Source: Vicugna vicugna (Eukaryota). From it: a DNA stretch of 64,000 bases. Shown here in pieces: positions 52,901 to 64,000 of this stretch (position 1 is the stretch's first letter; the number at the start of each line of letters is the position of its first letter). The position numbers were made by a program, and so were the translations under genes. The notes under the pieces were generated by a model. The model ran no database searches and had not been told where the DNA came from. It worked only from the letters and a program-made list of their open reading frames with translations. The DNA is taken from NCBI GenBank assembly GCA_013265495.1, contig MU058687.1, positions 3,722,001 to 3,786,000 on the forward strand. The letters are read 5' to 3'.

Positions 52901-55900
52901 ATATCCCAGGTGCAGTCTTATCTCTGGGGCCCTGCTCGTTCTGCTCCCCTTATCTTTGGTACCTTCTCCCTAGTTCTAGCCGTCTGTTGAAGTTTAATTC
53001 AAATGTCACTTCCTCTGGCACACTTTCCTTGGCCATCTCAGCTCTTCAGAATGCCATAATGCATTCTAGTACCACTCACTGGCCACTTACCCTATGTTGT
53101 TGCTGACTATAGTTTCTCTCTCTCTCTTCATGTCTCCACAACCAGTCTGTCAACTCTTGGAGGCGAGGTGCCTCCTTTTCTATTCCTGGTGACATAACCA
53201 CCATGATGCCTCTACAGACAGGTGCTTGATGGTTACAGGATGGTAGGTTGGCTGTATCTAATTAATTAGTATTGCACAGAGTTTCTACAGTTCCAGGCAT
53301 AAATACATAACCGGAGGAAGGGGGATAGATAGAAAAAAGTTAAACATGAGTTTAAAGTTTTTCTGTCTTCCCAGATCTCAACCTACAAACACAATCAATG
53401 TCGTACTTTCATTTTTGCGGAGGATGAGGTAGGGTGGCTTTGGGGATACAGACACTGAGAGTGTGGGGTAAGAGAGGAGTACAACAGAGGGAAGTGAGTT
53501 GGAAAGGAATGAAGGGAGCCTGAATCCAGGAGCCCTGAGTGTGGACTGAAGGGCCTGGGACTTAAGACTTGACTGCATTTCCCATGGTGTAGCCTGGATA
53601 GGTCACCCTGAAGCCTTGTCTGTTGAAGGTAATTAGAACCCTGCCTTGCCTCCTTCTGGGCTGTGGGGAGATCAAATGTAAGCAATTTGTAAACTGTAAG
53701 GTGCACTGTGAATGGAAAGGCGTGTTGTTACTATAAACGGCATCGTCATCATTTATCGTCTGAATCCTCCCAAAGCCACACTGTGGCAGGGGGTGGATCG
53801 ATGGATAGGTCTTTGTGACAGGAGGGGAGAGACCAGACTGGAAGGAGCCTGTGGTCAGATCCTGCGGGCCCCTGCAGTTGTGCAAATGTTCTCATGGCAG
53901 GGAAGTGCTCCCTGAGGCCTGTGAAGGTGAAGAAGGGTAAGGTGTGTGGGCCCTGACCTTGTCTGTGACAGGTCCAAATGGGAGGCCAGCCCTAACCTAA
54001 GCGTGTAGGTTATCATGGTTACAGTAGGGGGGTCTTGGGGTGTCAGTATGAGCATCAGAACTAGCAGAAGACCTAGGTTGTGGTCCCCACTCTGTGCTTG
54101 TCAGCTGTGAATACTACATTCTAGAAAGGTTGTGTTATCTTATCAAACACCAGAGACCAAGTACTTTATGACCATGGTCTCACTTCATCCCTGTGGCAGC
54201 ACTATGAGCTGGATACTACTGTTATTTTCCTGCTGTGGGTGAGGGAACAGGTTCGGGGATTTTAATAACAGACCAGCTCAAGAGAACCAACTAGTGAGAA
54301 ACAGGAGCTGGGATTGGAACTCAGCCTCTGCCGATCCTGAGCTCCTAACCACTATGCTCTGCTGCGTTCAACATCTCGGAATATCAATCTCCTCATCTGT
54401 ACCTTGGGGATAATGATATCTGCCCCACTCACTGCATGAGGATCTGGTGAGAGACTGGATATGGAAGGACTGTGTATACTACAGGGTGTATGATGTGTAC
54501 AAATATTCACTGAGCACCTGCCACATGCCTGGCATTGCTTTGGGTGCTGGGATAGAGAATACAGTGGGGATAGGACAGCCATGGTGTCTGCTCACTCTGA
54601 GGGACATTCTGGTCATAATCTGTTAATAGAGGGAGCTGTCAGGAGGTGGGAAGGGAAGGAAGAAATGGAGCCATCTAAGAACAACTGTGTTTTCAGGGAG
54701 GAAAACGTCATACGAATGGGCAGCCATCACCCTTTAAATCCACCTTCATTTCCAAGAATAAATAACAAAACCAAATTAAGAGATTAAGCAATGAGGAATA
54801 TTTACAAAGACAGTTAAATGGGGAAAAGCAAAGAGAGTGAATCTGTAAAAGAACAAATCATGTCGGGACGTTTTGATCAGTATGAAAAAGCAAATTGCAG
54901 TTCTAGAAGGTGAGAAGTATGCAGTGGATGTAATATATCTAGATTTTAGTAAAATCAGTTGAAGGAGAAATAGCCTGAAATCTCACCTGAGAAATTAATT
55001 TACATTGGCCAGGGTGGAAGCTCTGCCACTCAGAGTGAGAACTGGCTGGGAGATGGGAGCAAAGGGTGTGATGACAAATGACTATAGCTCTCAGGATATG
55101 ATGGTGTCAGGTGAGAAGACCCAACTTAGCCATCATCACTTAATGATCTGGAAGAACGACTAAGCTCCTGGTAATGACGTTCCTACATGATGTTAAATTG
55201 GGAGGTGCCATCATGATGGCTTGTGGAAGGAAGCACAGAATAAGAGGATGGCAGTCAAGGTCAGGAAGCCACAGCCGCGCAGGCAGGAAAAATGGGGGAG
55301 GATTAAGGCAAGGACAAATGGAGGGAGTTTCCTTGAGGACGATCTGCAAACATTAAAAAAAATTATATATCTAATAACATCAGGGCAGGAATGAGAGCTA
55401 CAGATCTTAAGCTTTCCAAGGATTTATGCTTCCATGATTTAAGCTGAACATGAGGAGTGACCTGGAGGTATGTCTGGGGAGCAGGAAGGCACCTGGGCCA
55501 TGGTGGTTATTTTAACAGCCACCATCGTGCCAAGTTGAGTCCCTTCCTCCCGCTTTAATGTGATGGTCTTAGAGGCAGAACTACTGACTTTCAGAGTGTC
55601 ATTACCTACTCGAGAGCAGGTGTTCTCGTGTCAGTGTGCACATTTGTATCCTGGCTCTATCACTTAATCTGTAAAATGGGAAAATTGTGGTACTTACTTT
55701 AGGAGTTTTTCGAGGACCAGATAAATGAAATGGGCTAGAACCATGCCTGCTGTGTGGTAAGTGTTTGATAAAAACTACCTGTTGTTACCAATTGCTGTTT
55801 TCATTATCATCATCACCCAGAGTGCAAGGTCTGTACCTGTGGTGGAACATACCAACTTAGCAGATAATGGCTTCTTCTGGTTAAAGTGTGGAAAGAGGCA

Positions 55901-56429
55901 TCCAGAGAACATGATTTGAAAACTACTGACAAAAACTACTAAAAAGAGCATAAGATCAGGGATCCAGATTTTTTTTCCCTCAAGCTCTGCTATAGGTGAC
56001 CTTGAATGAGTCACTTTACCTCTTTGCTCCTGCTTTCATATCTACAAACACCTGGGGATGAACCTGATGATCTTTGAGACCCCCTCTAGCTCAAAAAGTT
56101 CATACATCTATACAAAACTACAAAGTGAGTTGGGCTTTGTATTGTTTAAGTTGTTGGCTTTGAAACATATTTTCTAACGCACCCTGCAGACCTATTCTAT
56201 TCTCTACCAGCAATTGCTGCCCATGGGTAAGTTGACTGACTCATATACTTTTAGCACTGAAAGCCCTGCATCCTAGGAATGCCCCCTTAGTCCTTGGCAA
56301 GGGTCAGCCTGCCCATGGGGTAGGTGCCAGACTGTAGGAGTGTTGCATGGCAGTCCAAGTACACATCTGCAGGGACTGAGTGGTTCTACGGAGCTCATGG
56401 GAGGCTATCCAACATTTTTCAGGGGGAGT

Positions 56430-56765
56430 TGTCTTAGTCAGTTGGGGCTGCTATCATAAAATACCACAGATTGGGTGCTTAAACAATAGAAATTTTTTTT
56501 CTCACATTCTGAAGGCTAGGAAGTCCAAGATCAAGGCACAGATCAGTTTGGTTCCTGGTGAGGGCTCTCTTCCTGGCTTGCAGATAGCTTCCTTCTTGCT
56601 GTGTCCTTCCATGGTGGAGAGTGAGATGATTTTTCTTGTCTCCTTGTATAGAGGCTCCATCCTTATGAACTAATTTCCTTTCAAAGGCCCTGCATCCAAA
56701 TGCCCTCACACTGGGGTTAGGGCCTCAACATACGATTTTGGGGGGGACACATTCAGTCCACAGCA
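56430..56765 (-). mobile_element. MLT1A-like solo LTR
   Basis: TG...CA termini (tgtcttagtc ... ttcagtccacagca) with near 5-bp TSD ggagt/ggggt. Internal aagtccaagatcaagg...ggtgagggctctcttcctggcttgcag. Confidence 0.9.
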
Positions 56766-57619
56766 GGGGTGGGCTGACCAAAGTTGTGTTATTGGGGGGA
56801 GTGTTGCAGTGGAGGTGCCAAAGGGTTCTTATGCCTACTCCTCATTTCTACAATGACCCAGTTCCACTTAATGCTTTTATTGAGGGCCGCTGGGCTGCTT
56901 CCAGCCTTGACATCTGTGCTGACAGGAGAGGAGTAAGTCTTCAAAGGGCACCAGGATCAGCACATGTGAGGCTCCTCCATGGAAAGAGTGAATTGAAAGG
57001 AGTCGTTGGTCTTGTTTCCCAGAGCTCTACCTAGAATAACATGTGCACTTTTGGATTCTTCAGGGACCAAAAAGTGACAGATTGAAGGGTGCTGTGAGGG
57101 AGTCTTCCAAATGATTGACAAGGTAGAAGAAGTAATTGGTAAGAAGGAAAAAATAAAGAACAAAAGACTATGCATCCTGGCAGGGTGCACGTGTGTGCAT
57201 GCAGGGCAAGAGACGGGAACTAGGACACGAAGGAGGAGAGAGCAGGGTGAGGCAAGGCATTCCCAGAGGCATGCGGATGGAGGCAGAACCGCTCCAGAGT
57301 TACACTTTCACATTTTACACTTAGTTAGCATCTGCGTGCCCTGTGCCATGATCCGTCCTAGGTGTGAGGAGCACACAAAGATGATACCGTCCTGTCTTAG
57401 TTCTGGCAGAGGAGACAGGCAGTATGTGTACTTGTGAAAAGCAGGGGTTTACTTACTAGCTGTGTTGCCTTGGGCAAGTTATAAAGCCTTTCTGTGCCTC
57501 AGTTTCCTTATCTGTAGAATGAGTATAACAATAGTAACTGCCTATTAAGATGTGAGCATTACATCAATTATAAATCTAAAGTACTTAGAAGAATGCCTGG
57601 CACGTGGTCCATGTTATTG

Positions 57620-58303
57620 GGGTTTTTTTGTATATGTACATTTTATTGAAGTATAGTCAGTTTACAATATTGTGTAACTATATATATGAATATTGTTCCC
57701 TGTGCTGTATAGTATGGACTTGTTTATCTATCTTATATGTATTAGTTAGTATTTGCAAATCTCAAACTCTCAATTTATCCCTTCCCATCCCCTTTTCCCA
57801 CTGATAACCATAAGTTTGTTTTCTATGTCTGTGAGTTTGTTTCTGTTTTGTAAATAAATGTGTCTTTTTTGTTTTATTTTAGATTCCACATTTAAGTGAT
57901 ATCATATGGTATTTTTCTTTCTCTTTCTGGCTTACTTCACTTAGAATAACATTCTCCAGGTCCATCCATGTTGCTGCAAATGGCATTATTTTATTCTTTC
58001 TTATGGCTGAGCAGTATATTCCATCGTATAACTATACCACAACTTCTTTATCCATTCATCTGTCAATGGACATTTAGGTTGTTTCCATGTCTTGGCTATT
58101 GTAAATAGTGCTGCTGTGAACACTGGGGTGCAGGTGTCTTTTTGAATTAGGGTTCCCTCTGGATATATGCCCAGGAGTGGGATTGCTGGATCATATGGTA
58201 AGTCTAAGTCTTTTCTCTCCATACTGTTTTCCATAGTGGCTGCACAAACTACATTCCCACCAACAGTGTAGGAAGGTTCCCTTTTCTCCACACCCTCGCC
58301 AGC
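57620..58303 (-). mobile_element. 5'-truncated L1 (ORF2 C-terminus plus 3' UTR) between MIR pieces
   Basis: ORF 58001..58291(-) LPYDPAIPLLGIYP...FTAALFTIAKTWKQPKCP; degraded, with indels. Confidence 0.93.
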
Positions 58304-58834
58304 ATGTTGTTGTTATTATTATTAAATGAACTAATGCATTCCAAGTGCTCAGTACAAGACTTGACAGGTAGTAATTACTCAATAAATGTTAGCTATTATT
58401 ATTATTATCATCAGTAGTAATATATTAAAATGAAGCACAGCAGAGCTATGTTTAATGTACAAAGGCAACACAGCCAAGGCAAAGCCAGGTAAGGGGGAAC
58501 GATTAAGAAGATCATGGAAAGCTTCTAAAAGGTGATGTTTGAATGGAGGGGAAAGGATCTGCCTGCTGGGGAAAAGGGAATCCTAGATGAAGCAAACAAC
58601 AAGAACAAGTGCTCCGGGTCTGAGGTCAGCCTGGAAAGGCTGGCTAGAGCTCCCCTTGGCTTCTTAGGAGCCTTGCATAGCAACCCCTGCTGCACTTACT
58701 GATTAATGCAGCTGCTAACAGGAGATGCTGCTTATCCTGCTTATTTTATTACTTACAGTTCAAATCCCAGTTTTGAACTCAACTCATTACCCTATTCTTC
58801 AGCTACAAGGGACTGGTTGTTTTGGTTGGTAGAT

Positions 58835-59318
58835 TCATTGATTGATTCAATGATTTGTTTATTTAGCAAGTATTCATGGCATGCCTATTACAGGCATTTT
58901 TCACTCTTGTAGGTATTGGGCAGAGAGCAGGGAGCCAAGAAACTGCTGCTCTCATGGAGCTTCCGTTCTAGTGGAGGAGGCAGGCAGCAAAAGAAAAAAA
59001 ATACATATATCAGGTGGTAACTGCTGTGATGGAAAAGAACAGAGCAGGATGTAAGGATAGTAGTGAGAGGGAAAAGGTTGTACTGGTTTAAATAGAGTGG
59101 CTAGAGAAGGTGGAGACCTGGATGGAGTGTGAATGATGTGAAGGACAAGCCATGTGGATGTGTGAGGAAAGAGTGTTGAAGGTGAGGGATCAGGATGTAC
59201 AAAGGCCCTGAGGCAGGTCCGTTGCTCTTGTGTTTGAAGAATGTCAAGGATGCCAGTCAGGCTGGAGCCAAATGAGTGAGAGGAGGGCAGTAAGTGATGA
59301 TACCAAAGAGGAAGCAGG
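58835..59318 (-). mobile_element. L2 3' fragment
   Basis: gctctcatggagcttccgttctagtgg...aaaggccctgaggcagg...gtgtttgaagaa..caagga.gccagt..ggctggagc. Confidence 0.8.
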
Positions 59319-59319
59319 G

Positions 59320-59840
59320 TGTATCCATCAGGGTTCAACTAGAGAAGCAGAACTACTAGGAGATGGAGAAAATATATAGAGATATATTTGGATTTGTTGC
59401 AGGAAATAACATCATAGAATGGGTGTGTGTGGTGCTGGGTAACTGTGTGAACTGTTGTCTCTTGGTCTGAAGTTGAGGCTGAGGTTCACTAAGCAAATAT
59501 TCAGGAAGGGAAGATGGGTGTAAAGTAGGGGTTTGGGAGGAATTAAGGGTGGGCTGGACCTCAGCATGAGCTCCTGTGTCAATTCTGGTTACCTCTGGTG
59601 TTAGTGGTTCGGATATCCTGTAAAACTTGGGGCTCTTTTATAAACCTGAAAACACACACTTGGCCCAGGACCAGGAGTTGGAGACATTGAAGGAGAATCC
59701 CGGGGAGGGTGGAGCAGTTGCAGGTCCAGCGTTGCTTCTCGTGAATGATGCAAATCTGCAGATGAGCTGTGTATGAGCTGCAGACATGGAACTATACAAG
59801 AAAGGGAATTCTGGGAAACATAGTTCAGTCTAGCCAACTT
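59320..59840. mobile_element. ERVL-type LTR remnant (MLT2-like)
   Basis: tgtatccatcagggttcaactagagaagcagaac...agggaattctgggaaacatagttc. Confidence 0.55.
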
Positions 59841-62800
59841 TCTCAGCCTAGCCGAGACTCTCTTGACTGTTCGCCTAATAGACAATGACTCTCTAGCTAA
59901 AGCTCTTACTCAGGGTGAGGTCCCTTTGGTTTTCCAGCAGTTACCCAAGCACCCAGATGGTAACTAATAGGGAGGAGATTTGATTCATGCTCCTGGGGGA
60001 GGACGACTTTAGTTGCATCAATCATCATTAACCCCAGCATCATATTCAGCTATTTGATGCAACAGAATGTGATTGATGTAATTATTCTACGAAACAGAAA
60101 TTTAAAAAATAAATAAACAGAAACTTGGCTCTGGGGGATTAAAAATAAAGTTAATCCAAATGTGGAGACAACTATCCAGCTCAATTTGATCACTCATTTG
60201 TTTAGTCATTTAGTCCCCAAATATCTGTGGTCAGCATAGGCACATTAATGGGCTAAGTTTGGAGGTGATGTATAAATCCTATAAGCATTGATTAAACTTT
60301 CCTTGTGCTAAACACCAGGGATAGAGAGATGGATCTTAATTCAGGAATTTTCCAGATACGTAATTTTAATCCAGTGAAAGTAGAAGCCTGCTGCCAGCAG
60401 GAAGGTGTAAGTCTCTCTGGGCAAAGCAGAAAGGCTTTGAAACAGCGTAACGTCTTACCTGTGTGCGAGATGATGTCCTCACTCTCAGACTGCTTATGGT
60501 GCAGCTGGGGAGCAGACGTGTATGCAAGGCTACCTTGTAACTGCAAACGTGGGCTACAGAGGATGCCCAGCAGGAATTGGGGAGGGGTTGGGGGAAGTTT
60601 CCACCACCTGGGCCGGTACCAGTTTTGAAAATCGGAGATCTTTTTATGCTCATCCCAGAAGCTGCTCTGTTCCCAGAGGCTTGTCTTTTCACAGGAAATG
60701 TCCTCTTCAAAAATAGTATATTTGGCAGAGGTCTATATTCTCCAGTCAGCTTTGCCTTTGTCTACGGTGTGTTAAAATAAGAGAGCCTCTGATTCAGAGG
60801 GGCTATAAAAATAATATAGTAATTACAAAGATCACTTTCATGACTCACTTTGCTCTAAATCGTGGCACTCTACACGGAACCCTTCTCAGAGTCCAAATCC
60901 CACTTGCTGTTTATACTTCGAAAGTGCCAAGGGTTCCAAAATTTTAAGGTTGAATCACTCAGTGATGTAAAGTCTTGGGGAAGGGCTGGGTGCTGGGATG
61001 ACAGTTTTCAATGTTTGTATATGTCTCTTTAAAATAGCAAGAAATGAATTGGCTGATTGGTCATGATTACGTCACACGTAATGCTTGATCAGAGAGTACT
61101 TCGTTTTGGATTTGTATCTATTTTATTCCCTCCTGCTCCTGTCTAATTGCCCTCTCCGGAATGGAGGCTTCTACTGCCTTTTGGCTTCATTAATGGCTTT
61201 CATTTTCATTAAGAGCTTTGCACTAATGGATTGTTATAAAATGCACAGTTGTTCCTTGCAGTCACCGCCAAATGACTCTCATTCTACTGACAATTTTGAG
61301 TATCAGACCAAAGAGAAGGAGGGGAGTTGGGGGGCAAGGGCAGTGGGAATGAGTGAGAACTTTCTAAACAGAAGATCTACCTACTTCTGTCCCTGACACT
61401 CTTTAGGGAAGCTGGGATCAGCCCCTGGAATTCCATGAGTGCTTTCTATCCACTCTCTTTGAAATGCATCTTTGTTGGCAAAACGGAGTGAAGGAAGAGA
61501 CTAGGAAGCCCGTTTTTCTCACAATCTTTTGGAATTTGAGGGTTGTTGGGAATAGACTTGCAGAGGCCTCACAGGAAGGAACACTGATAATGATAAGGTT
61601 TCATCCACTTTGCTCCAAATACACACACATCGGTTATTATTGTTGTTATGAGCATCTAAACAATGGATACTTGTTGAATTTTGCTTGGTGTCCTGGCCCA
61701 GATGCAATGGAAGGCTCAGCATTGACAAATATTTGTAGAATTTGATTTCTTGGCGAAGTAGGCTGGTCTCTGTACGCCTGGTATCACAGCTAAACAGACA
61801 ATATTTTCAAATCTTAGAGCTTTAAGTAAGCTTGAGGAGAATTCATTCAGCCTCCTCTCCCATTTCCAGGAAGCTGAGAGAGATGAAGTCACTGGTAAGT
61901 GTAACTGGATGTTCGCTGGGTCGCCTCTGACACTAGAAGGTTTGGTGTAGCTTCAAAGCAGCTCCCAGAATGTGGCCTAATGATAATTACTCTAGATTCC
62001 TACCCCTATCCTCTTTCCTGTTCTCTCTTTCTGATCCTTTCTTCTCCAAAACACCAAGAAAATTCTTCCTCTTATTCCACGTAGAATGAGCCCGCCCAGT
62101 TTTAGGTGGCCCTGGTAAACTCTTCCTCCCCTCCATCCTCTTTCCCAAACAAATTTAAGTCTTTCTCAGGCAACTTCCAGTGAACAAGATTTTCTCCATC
62201 GTGTTACATTAATCTCCGAGCTGGTCTGAAACGCAGGTTTTTAATTTTCAAATCTCTGCTCTTCCCACAGCATAATTTATCTCCTCTAAATAAGATATTC
62301 TGTGCGAGTAAAGCCGTCACCACATGATGATATACTTGTGTTTTGTTTGAATTTGTCACATCTGTTGCCCTTCACAGGAGGGAGCAAAGATCAGCCAACA
62401 TTTTAATGGGCTGATACCTAAAATCAAGGCTTAAATTCTTTGCATTAACTAATTATTAAAATCTTTGCAATTGGATATTTTTATCATGTCATTAATATAG
62501 ATGTTAGTATTATCTAATTAACATATTTGCAAAGGGAATGATAACATATACCCGTTTGCTAGCAGCTCTTCCTTCTTCACTGAGTACATACCCATTTCCA
62601 CTTATTAAATAAAAGATATTGGTAAATTTCCTAACATTTTTCCAGCTTTGTGCTCTCATATAGTTTAAACACTGGAGCCAGCATCTGTTTGCTTTTGTGT
62701 TTGAGCATGCAAATGCTAACGGATCAGGGCTCTGGCTCCTATATTTTATGCAAGGTATTTGGCTCCGCATGAGCCAATAATGTCAAATAATAACTACAAG

Positions 62801-63669
62801 GATTTACAAAGCCCAGTTTGAGAAAGGTCACCAAAATATAAAAGTTGACTTTAAGAGTGAATACTACAGGCTTGGAGTGCGGATGATTAAATCTTAAACC
62901 TTGACTAAATTGGGAAAAATCTGGCTGGATGTGAGATTTTAAACAAACACCCAGGGATGAGCAGCCTCCTTTTCCCATGATCCTCTTAAACTTATTTCCC
63001 AGTTCAGCTACTGGGTACAGTTTTTTAAAGTACTATTCTTAAAAAAAAAAAAAAGAACAAAAGTTAGACCTTGCCAGTATTTAAAACACGTATGGTGGGA
63101 TGGAAGAGAGATATATGGCGTGAAAAGACAGATTTGAAAACGTTCCGAGGTCCCCGGATGCAAAGCATCCAGGCAGTAGAGAGAGCAGGCTGCATGTGTT
63201 ACCCTCAATCCCAGCTACAAAAGAGGCAGGGTGTTTACCAAATCTTTGAGAAAGCTTTATTCCCAGAAAGGACCAATTATAGTTGAATGCAATCTAGAAA
63301 TCTGTACTTGAACGCTACTTCCTAGAACAGGTAACGCAGAGTTCCAGGATTTGTGGACTGAGGAGGAAGTGCTGTTCGCTTTCTGGGAATGGCTGGTACC
63401 TAAAGGGCGATGATTGTCATGCATGATTGGAGAGCGTGCAGAGGATGAGCTGTTATCGTATGATGTATCTCAGTGCGAGTGCTGGATTACTCCACGTAAA
63501 AGTAATTTTATCTTGAGATCAGAACTTCAATGTGGTGCCCATTCATCAGTACACAGAACTACAGGCTACCTTAAAACAAGGGTCACTTCATGATTACCAG
63601 TTAGGCCTATCAGAGGGAAAACCATAAAGTAGCTGAGTGTTAACTCTTTCTGGAGCTTGTTCTTGAGAA

Positions 63670-63900
63670 ATGATCATGACCTCTGGAGCTAAGCCAACCT
63701 GAAGTCAGAACCCTGACTCTATCCTTACCAGCTGTGTGACTTGGTAAGTCACTTAACCTCTCTGAGCCTTAGTTTCCTTTTCTAGATTGGGAGTAATAAA
63801 GAAGAAAACAGCACGTTGTCTTTTAGAAGTAAATGAATTAGTGTGTGGAAAGGAGGTAGCTGAATACCTGGCACAAGGCAGGCCCTCAATAAATGTTTTT
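63670..63900 (+). mobile_element. MIR SINE
   Basis: cttaccagctgtgtgacttggtaagtcacttaacctctctgagccttagtttcc...ctcaataaatg. Confidence 0.85.
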
Positions 63901-64000
63901 CCTTTATTTCTCTTCAGTTCCTTCCTTCCCCTCACACCCACTCTTTTCTATATCAGGCCCCTATACTATGCCACATTTTCTCAGAGATGTGCGCTCAGTT

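Larger units (their letters stand above)
1..64000 (+). other. NRXN3: Interior of NRXN3 alpha transcription unit (introns around SS1)
   Basis: Three colinear SS1 exons. Neither the upstream LNS1/EGF1 exon nor the downstream AREENVATF... exon is seen in the window or the ORF track. Confidence 0.92.

Noticed and set aside
1..64000. CRISPR array, operon or other prokaryotic system
   Set aside because: The sequence is mammalian intron; no regularly spaced repeats or dense coding were found.

Overview
Mammalian genomic DNA, almost entirely intronic, from the 5' part of the neurexin-3 alpha gene (NRXN3, + strand). The only coding sequence I can support is the three microexons of neurexin alternative splice site 1 (SS1): 12307-12324 (18 nt, DVSQGP), 29413-29442 (30 nt, GLSHLMMSEQ) and 32330-32341 (12 nt, GRSK). 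Joined, they read DVSQGP-GLSHLMMSEQ-GRSK, the insert between EGF1 and LNS2, recognised from memory of the protein. All three are symmetric phase-1 exons with extended branch-point, polypyrimidine and AG-exclusion zones and RBFOX motifs. The flanking large exons are not seen in the window. The rest is MIR/L2/L1/MLT/MER/Tigger repeats and repeat-free candidate regulatory blocks. A tRNA-derived SINE and younger L1 3' ends suggest a camelid, which is an inference. The most interesting leads are a recursive-splice-like architecture and a hairpin-containing AG-exclusion zone at the 12-nt exon, a candidate 169-nt frameshifting (poison) exon at 21345-21513, and a degenerate REST/RE1 site next to a young L1 insertion. 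Most ORFs in the supplied track are not genes. Repeat subfamily names and most repeat boundaries are by eye and approximate.
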